A stretch of DNA of 64,000 nt, taken from NCBI RefSeq assembly GCF_016903815.1, contig NZ_CP069973.1; one strand, given 5' to 3'. This stretch comes from Escherichia coli (lineage in GTDB: Bacteria; Pseudomonadota; Gammaproteobacteria; Enterobacterales; Enterobacteriaceae). Below are positions 58,294-64,000 of this stretch, piece by piece; within the stretch, counting starts at the first letter, position 1, and every line of letters starts with the position of its first letter. A program made the position numbers and the translations under genes. The notes under the pieces are model-generated. The model saw only the letters and a list, made by a program, of their open reading frames with translations, made no database searches and was not told the origin of the DNA.

Positions 58294-58377
58294 TTTTTTA
58301 CGCATAAACTGCTTCAATTCCGGTATGCTTCGCAAAGCTGTATCGCGAGGCGAACCAAGCGCATGAACTTTACCAGA

Positions 58378-58406
58378 ACCCGCCATTGAGCGGGTTTTGT
58401 TGTTTC
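58378..58406 (+). terminator. Rho-independent terminator downstream of the Q-like gene (tR'-like)
   Basis: acccgc-cattga-gcgggt hairpin followed by ttttgttgttt. Confidence 0.7.
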
Positions 58407-58514
58407 TGGTACTGGTGAACCTGATGTTTCATTTCTGGAGCGCGATTCCTGGCGGAATACCTAGAATCGAGACATTCTGGTAAAATTGTTTTCAGTACAG
58501 GATGTGGAGGTGAG

Positions 58515-59084
58515 ATGAGAGAACTACCTAAAGATTATTTTTTAGGAGTAGATGATGAGCTCGTCGATTATCTTGAAAAACAAGGGGAAGAGACGATACG
58601 AGAGATTCATCTTTCTAACAAAACCAATGTTGAGAATGGATACAAACTTCTGAACATTCAGATTGTTGGAATTGGTTCATCTTTTTTATTGCTGACACAG
58701 AAAACTAATTTCGATTTTCTCACCGCCGGAATTACCACATTTACATTACTATGGACATGGTGCGCCATTTACTTGGTATGTACTGGTTTATCTGTGAAGG
58801 TTAGGGGCCTGATCAATGCCCCTCCTGATCATCTATATCATGAAAAATATAAGGATATGGAGCCCTCGAGCTTTAAAATATTCGCTGATGCAGGATATTT
58901 AGGACCTGATAAGTTATTGCCGCTTATACGAAGGTATCGCCTTGTTGACTTGAGTGATACAGCAAGAGAGTTACTGTTGGAAAATGAGAAAATCCGCACG
59001 AGTCTCGATAAAGCAAGGATGTATACCATCCTTGCTCCGGTAGCGGCGATGTTTATCTCGGCTGTTTTTTTATATGTTCAATGA
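58515..59084 (+). CDS. Hypothetical 189-aa membrane protein (moron between Q/tR' and the holin)
   Basis: AT-rich ORF with three predicted TM helices (IQIVGIGSSFLLL, FLTAGITTFTLLWTWCAIYLVC, MYTILAPVAAMFISAVFLYV). I recognise no family. Confidence 0.6.
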   Translation: MRELPKDYFLGVDDELVDYLEKQGEETIREIHLSNKTNVENGYKLLNIQIVGIGSSFLLLTQKTNFDFLTAGITTFTLLWTWCAIYLVCTGLSVKVRGLINAPPDHLYHEKYKDMEPSSFKIFADAGYLGPDKLLPLIRRYRLVDLSDTARELLLENEKIRTSLDKARMYTILAPVAAMFISAVFLYVQ

Positions 59085-59214
59085 CTGAGTCGGCAGAATC
59101 TCCAACAAAAACACGACGTGTAGCAAAGTCTGTAGTACTTTGTGTTGGAGTTGGTTTTGGTGCCACGGGTTGCTGAGGTTTATTTTCACCTTGTGGTTTG
59201 TTTTTTTCAGACAT
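59053..59214 (-). CDS. Hypothetical 53-aa proline-rich microprotein, convergent with and overlapping the 3' end of the moron gene
   Basis: AGAGGA RBS 7 nt before ATG. The product is MSEKNKPQGENKPQQPVAPKPTPTQSTTDFATRRVFVGDSADSVIEHIKKQPR. The 130-aa track ORF is probably an over-extension. Confidence 0.45.
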   Translation of the reverse strand: MSEKNKPQGENKPQQPVAPKPTPTQSTTDFATRRVFVGDSADSVIEHIKKQPR

Positions 59215-59308
59215 AAAAATCCTCTTTGTTTGAATTGTTACTTTTGGCGATTTAACGATATCAAACACGAGTATATACCGCCAGAAGCTTAATCTGGCAC
59301 TCCATCTG

Positions 59309-59340
59309 GCCCCGGCATGTCCCGGGGCTTTTTCGTTGTT
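59309..59340 (+). terminator. Rho-independent terminator upstream of the holin
   Basis: gccccgg-catgt-cccggggc followed by ttttt. Confidence 0.7.
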
Positions 59341-59431
59341 AGGCTCTGGAAACATCCTCGACTTCTTGTTAGCAAGCCTGAGAGCCTGAATCTTACACTT
59401 AGCACCATCCGAACTCTCGGAGGTGAGGCTT

Positions 59432-59773
59432 ATGAAAATGCACAATGCCCCTCATTCCTGGCCTGACTTACTGGAACTCTTACAAAGTTGGTGGCGTGGA
59501 GATACGCCGCTGGGTGCAGTGGTTATGTCAATTATTATGGCTGGTTTGCGCATTGCCTATTTTGGCGGTGGCGGCGGCTGGAAACGAAAAACGCTTGAGA
59601 TTCTGCTTTGTGGTGCTCTGACGCTGACCTTTGCATCCGCGCTTGAGTATGTCGGATGGCCTAAATCACTTTCTGTTGCCATTGGTGGTGGGGTGGGGCT
59701 GATTGGTGTTGATGCTATTCGTGGTGCGGCAATGAGGGTCATCGGTAACAAGTTCGGTGCCCATAAGGAGTAA
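59432..59773 (+). CDS. Putative holin with a dual-start MKM motif
   Basis: GGAGGTGAGG RBS. Two Met codons are separated by a Lys, lambda S107/S105-like. TM segments. Immediately upstream of the endolysin. Confidence 0.65.
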   Translation: MKMHNAPHSWPDLLELLQSWWRGDTPLGAVVMSIIMAGLRIAYFGGGGGWKRKTLEILLCGALTLTFASALEYVGWPKSLSVAIGGGVGLIGVDAIRGAAMRVIGNKFGAHKE

Positions 59774-59776
59774 TTA

Positions 59777-60253
59777 ATGCAGACACTTAATTCCCAGCGT
59801 AAAGCTTTCCTTGATATGGTGGCATGGTCAGAAGGAACAGATAACGGACGGCAGAAAACCAGAAATCACGGTTATGATGTTATTGTCGGTGGCGAACTGT
59901 TCACTGATTACTCCGATCACCCCCGCAAACTTGTCACGCTAAATCCGAAACTCAAATCAACAGCCGCTGGACGTTACCAGCTTCTTTCACGCTGGTGGGA
60001 TGCCTACCGCAAGCAACTTGGCCTGAAAGATTTTTCTCCAGAAAGTCAGGATGCTGTAGCGCTGCAGCAGATTAAAGAGCGTGGCGCTTTGCCGATGATT
60101 GATCGCGGTGATATCCGTCAGACTATCGACCGTTGCAGCAATATATGGGCTTCACTGCCGGGCGCTGGTTATGGTCAGTTCGAGCATAAGGCTGACAGTC
60201 TGATTGCAAAATTCAAAGAAGCTGGCGGAACGGTCAGAGAGATTGAGGTATGA
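59777..60253 (+). CDS. Lambda R-like endolysin (lytic transglycosylase)
   Basis: Near-identical to lambda [48 protein letters not shown]... Confidence 0.9.
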   Translation: MQTLNSQRKAFLDMVAWSEGTDNGRQKTRNHGYDVIVGGELFTDYSDHPRKLVTLNPKLKSTAAGRYQLLSRWWDAYRKQLGLKDFSPESQDAVALQQIKERGALPMIDRGDIRQTIDRCSNIWASLPGAGYGQFEHKADSLIAKFKEAGGTVREIEV

Positions 60254-60714
60254 GCAGAGTAACCGCGATTATCTCCGCTCTGGTTATCTGCATCGTCGTC
60301 TGCCTGTCATGGGGTGTTAATCATTACCGTGATAACGCCATCGCCTACAAAGAACAGCGCGACAAAAATGCCAGAGAACTGAAGCTGGCGAACGCGGCAA
60401 TTACTGACATGCAGATGCGTCAGCGTGATGTTGCTGCGCTCGATGCAAAATACACGAAGGAGTTAGCTGATGCGAAAGCTGAAAATGATGCTCTGCGTGA
60501 TGATGTTGCCGCTGGTCGTCGTCGGTTGCACATCAAAGCAGTCTGTCAGTCAGTGCGTGAAGCCACCACCGCCTCCGGCGTGGATAATGCAGCCTCCCCC
60601 CGACTGGCAGACACCGCTGAACGGGATTATTTCACCCTCCGGGAACGACTGGTAATGATGCAGGCCCAACTTGAAGGTGCTCAGCAATACATAACCGAGC
60701 AGTGTTTAAAGTAA
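60250..60714 (+). CDS. Rz-like i-spanin
   Basis: N-terminal TM segment and coiled coil, lambda Rz-like ([30 protein letters not shown]...). Confidence 0.9.
   Translation: MSRVTAIISALVICIVVCLSWGVNHYRDNAIAYKEQRDKNARELKLANAAITDMQMRQRDVAALDAKYTKELADAKAENDALRDDVAAGRRRLHIKAVCQSVREATTASGVDNAASPRLADTAERDYFTLRERLVMMQAQLEGAQQYITEQCLK
60470..60655 (+). CDS. Rz1-like o-spanin lipoprotein embedded in Rz (+1 frame)
   Basis: Lipobox LVVVGC, proline-rich tract ([16 protein letters not shown]). Confidence 0.85.
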   Translation: MRKLKMMLCVMMLPLVVVGCTSKQSVSQCVKPPPPPAWIMQPPPDWQTPLNGIISPSGNDW

Positions 60715-60851
60715 AATCTTAACTACAATATGATTCATTTTGATGATTGTTTCATAAGGAACAGTGAAGTAAGATCTAAGAGGAGTTAAATTTTATACAG
60801 TATAATCATAATATTGCAGCAAGGTGGTTATAATTGAAAGAATATTTAGAT

Positions 60852-62309
60852 ATGAATACATCTCATGTAAGAGTTGTTACTCATATGTGTGGGTTCCTGG
60901 TTTGGCTCTATAGTCTTTCAATGTTGCCACCAATGGTTGTAGCATTGTTTTATAAAGAAAAAAGCCTGTTCGTTTTCTTTATAACTTTCGTTATATTTTT
61001 TTGCATTGGTGGCGGAGCGTGGTATACAACTAAGAAATCTGGCATTCAATTACGTACCCGTGATGGGTTTATTATAATTGTAATGTTTTGGATTTTGTTT
61101 TCTGTTATTAGTGCATTCCCTTTATGGATTGACTCAGAACTTAATTTAACGTTCATTGATGCTCTGTTTGAAGGGGTTTCTGGAATAACAACAACAGGAG
61201 CAACTGTAATTGATGATGTTAGTTCATTACCTCGGGCATATTTGTACTATCGGTCACAGTTAAATTTTATAGGTGGTTTAGGAGTTATTGTTCTGGCGGT
61301 TGCTGTATTGCCATTATTGGGTATTGGTGGTGCAAAGCTTTATCAGTCAGAAATGCCGGGGCCATTTAAGGATGACAAACTCACTCCCCGCCTGGCCGAT
61401 ACGTCACGGACACTGTGGATAACTTATTCTTTATTAGGTATTGCTTGTATTGTCTGTTATAGACTTGCAGGAATGCCTTTGTTTGATGCTATTTGTCACG
61501 GGATTTCCACAGTTTCGCTTGGTGGTTTCTCAACTCATAGCGAGAGTATCGGATATTTTAATAACTATTTGGTTGAGCTGGTGGCTGGTTCTTTTTCCCT
61601 GCTATCGGCTTTCAACTTCACTCTTTGGTATATTGTTATTAGCAGGAAAACGATAAAACCTTTAATCAGAGATATTGAACTTCGTTTCTTTCTGTTAATA
61701 GCCTTAGGGGTGATCATTGTTACCTCTTTCCAGGTCTGGCATATAGGTATGTATGACTTGCATGGAAGTTTTATTCATTCGTTTTTTCTTGCCAGCTCCA
61801 TGCTCACTGATAATGGTTTAGCTACGCAGGATTATGCAAGTTGGCCCACGCACACGATAGTGTTTTTGCTGTTGTCAAGTTTCTTTGGGGGATGTATAGG
61901 TTCAACTTGTGGTGGAATTAAGTCACTTCGATTTCTTATACTTTTCAAACAAAGCAAACACGAGATAAATCAGCTTTCTCATCCCAGAGCGTTGTTGAGT
62001 GTAAATGTAGGAGGGAAGATAGTTACAGATCGTGTAATGAGGTCTGTATGGAGTTTCTTTTTTCTTTATACTCTCTTCACGGTGTTTTTTATACTGGTGT
62101 TAAATGGTATGGGATATGATTTTCTTACATCATTTGCAACAGTGGCTGCATGTATTAATAATATGGGATTAGGTTTTGGGGCTACTGCATCGTCATTCGG
62201 AGTGCTTAATGACATTGCAAAATGTTTAATGTGCATAGCTATGATTCTTGGTCGCCTTGAAATTTATCCTGTTATTATATTGTTTTCAGGTTTTTTTTGG
62301 CGCTCCTAA
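60852..62309 (+). CDS. trkG: Trk-system K+ uptake protein TrkG (prophage-encoded)
   Basis: 485 aa from MNTSHVRVVTHMCGFL, polytopic with TrkH/TrkG family topology. AT-rich. Confidence 0.85.
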   Translation: MNTSHVRVVTHMCGFLVWLYSLSMLPPMVVALFYKEKSLFVFFITFVIFFCIGGGAWYTTKKSGIQLRTRDGFIIIVMFWILFSVISAFPLWIDSELNLTFIDALFEGVSGITTTGATVIDDVSSLPRAYLYYRSQLNFIGGLGVIVLAVAVLPLLGIGGAKLYQSEMPGPFKDDKLTPRLADTSRTLWITYSLLGIACIVCYRLAGMPLFDAICHGISTVSLGGFSTHSESIGYFNNYLVELVAGSFSLLSAFNFTLWYIVISRKTIKPLIRDIELRFFLLIALGVIIVTSFQVWHIGMYDLHGSFIHSFFLASSMLTDNGLATQDYASWPTHTIVFLLLSSFFGGCIGSTCGGIKSLRFLILFKQSKHEINQLSHPRALLSVNVGGKIVTDRVMRSVWSFFFLYTLFTVFFILVLNGMGYDFLTSFATVAACINNMGLGFGATASSFGVLNDIAKCLMCIAMILGRLEIYPVIILFSGFFWRS

Positions 62310-62446
62310 TATATGGCTGATTTATAATTGTGAGTTTAATATTATGTTGACTCACTCATTGATCCAATACCTAACTTTACCAGCAACACCTCCGTCCCCA
62401 GTAGCACTGGCTGCTGGGGTGCGTTTTATTCATAAAGCAAGGCTGT

Positions 62447-63238
62447 ATGAGCGAGAAATTAAAGATAGTCTATCGCCCATTACAAGAATTGTCACCGTAT
62501 GCGCACAACGCCAGGACGCACAGTACTGAGCAGGTGGCACAACTGGTAGAAAGTATTAAGCAATTCGGCTGGACTAATCCGGTGCTGATTGACGAAAAGG
62601 GCGAAATTATTGCGGGTCACGGTCGTGTTATGGCGGCTGAAATGCTCAAAATGGATTCTGTTCCGGTCATTGTTCTGTCTGGCCTGACGGATGAGCAGAA
62701 AAAGGCGTACCGCCTGGCAGATAATCGCCTGCCGATGAATGCTGGCTGGGATGAAGATCTGTTGCGGATGGAGCTGTCGGACCTAATCAATGCTGATTTT
62801 GATGTCTCCCTGACAGGCTTCATCCCGACAGAAATTGATGAACTGTTGACGGATGTTTTGCCCGGTACAGGAAATGAGGAGGAGCCGTATACGACGAAAA
62901 TTGATACGCCTGTTTATGAGCCGTCGGGCGGTAAACCGGATATCAGTGAACTGTACGACGATACGAAAACTCAGGAGCTGATCAGCCGGATACGTTCGGC
63001 GTCCCTTGAGCCTGATATTGAGAAATTCCTCCTGTGTGCGGCAGAACGTCACACGGTGTTTAATTTCAGCAGAATTGCGGACTATTACGCTCACGCCCCC
63101 TCTGAAATTCAGTGTTTTTTCGAGGAGTCGGCGCTGGTGATCATTGATTATCAGCAGGCTATTGAAAATGGATTTGTCCGGATGACGCAGCGCATGGTGG
63201 AGATCATGCATGGTGGTGAGGAGGAGGAATATGCGTGA
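62447..63238 (+). CDS. ParB/Srx-like nuclease domain protein (full-length YnaK-like)
   Basis: N-terminal ParB-N pattern (IVYRPLQELSPYAHNARTHS...GHGRV), 263 aa. Confidence 0.6.
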   Translation: MSEKLKIVYRPLQELSPYAHNARTHSTEQVAQLVESIKQFGWTNPVLIDEKGEIIAGHGRVMAAEMLKMDSVPVIVLSGLTDEQKKAYRLADNRLPMNAGWDEDLLRMELSDLINADFDVSLTGFIPTEIDELLTDVLPGTGNEEEPYTTKIDTPVYEPSGGKPDISELYDDTKTQELISRIRSASLEPDIEKFLLCAAERHTVFNFSRIADYYAHAPSEIQCFFEESALVIIDYQQAIENGFVRMTQRMVEIMHGGEEEEYA

Positions 63239-64000
63239 TGATTTTTGCGCCTTTATTCTGACTCACGGGCGACCGGACAAAGTTCTGACTTACCGGACGT
63301 TGCGTCGTGCTGGCTATACCGGGAAAATTTTTATCGTTGTTGATGATGAAGATAAGACACGGCATCAGTACATGGCTGAATTTGGGGAACAGGTGCTGGT
63401 GTTTTCCAAAGCCGATATCGCCAGTCGTTTTGACGAAGCCGATAATTTCTGTGACCGCCGCTCAATTTTTTACGCCCGTAATGCCTGTTTCGACCTGGCA
63501 AAACTGGTCGGGTGTAAATACTTCATTCAGCTCGATGATGATTATCACGAGTTCCAGTTTCGGGTGGATCGCAACTATGACCAGGCCTATTTTCCGATAA
63601 GGAAACTGGATGCGATCCTTTCTGAAATGCTGGCGTACTACGAATCAATACCTGCTCTTTCCATCGCTATGTCGCAGGGCGGGGATTTTCTTGGTGACAA
63701 TGGCGGCCATGCTTCGTGGGTGAAACGCAAGGCAATGAACAGCTTTATCTGTTCGGTTGAACGACCGTTCTCATTCATGGGGCGCATTAACGAGGATGTG
63801 AATACGTACACGAATCTCGGTCGCTGTGGTGAATTGTTTATGACGATCGGTGCTGTCCAGTTAGGGCAGAAACAGACGCAGAAAAACAGCGGCGGAATGA
63901 CCGAGCTGTATCTGGATTCCGGAACCTACGTTAAAAGTTTTTACTCCGTCATGTATGCGCCGTCGTGCGTAAAAATCTCACTGATGGGTGCCAGCCATAA
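63235..64000 (+). CDS. Hypothetical protein with a GT-A-like DxD motif (3' end beyond the window), coupled to the ParB-like gene
   Basis: The ATGA overlap with the upstream stop starts MIFAPFILTHGRPDK..., with an FIQLDDDY motif. The frame is open to the window end. Confidence 0.5.

Noticed and set aside
59053-59445. 130-aa minus-strand ORF upstream of the holin.
   Set aside because: The N-terminal 77 codons run antisense through the terminator and promoter region with no RBS. Only the 53-codon version starting at 59214 has a credible SD.

Overview
This is an Escherichia coli chromosomal segment with K-12-like synteny. It runs from the ycjP-ycjV/ompG kojibiose and D-guloside cluster, through ycjW-ycjX-ycjF-tyrR, tpx, the murein-peptide recycling genes, fnr, ogt and abgTBAR, to smrA, zntB, dbpA and ttcA. 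It then enters a Rac-type lambdoid prophage (intR onward, about 41.6 kb to the window end). Three known sRNAs are recognisable from sequence: McaS, FnrS with its FNR box, and the C0343 locus.

Several features differ from the MG1655 reference as I remember it:
- A 3.5-kb accessory cassette (AraC-family regulator plus an EmrA/EmrB-like MFP and MFS efflux pair) lies between mcaS and smrA.
- A 768-bp IS1 with a 9-bp target-site duplication splits dgcM (ydaM).
- ymjC and ycjV appear intact.
- The Rac prophage is more complete than the K-12 remnant. It carries ydaU, ydaV, ydaW-like and nin-region genes, a Q-like antiterminator, and a complete holin, lambda-R-like endolysin and Rz/Rz1 lysis cassette. 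It also carries cargo loci.

The cargo loci are the most interesting part of the window:
- An AT-rich gene for a three-TM membrane protein, with a convergent overlapping 53-aa proline-rich microprotein, sits between the Q terminator and the holin. This is the position stx occupies in Stx phages.
- A hok/mok-like type I toxin locus has a divergent, truncated Hok C-terminus.
- A KilA-N protein and a YeaR-like DUF1971 cupin are followed by an 840-bp AT-rich spacer containing a 14-bp inverted repeat.
- ralR carries an in-frame TGA.

I also noticed a 30-bp motif shared by the mpaA and mppA upstream regions. No CRISPR arrays, tRNAs or rRNAs were seen.
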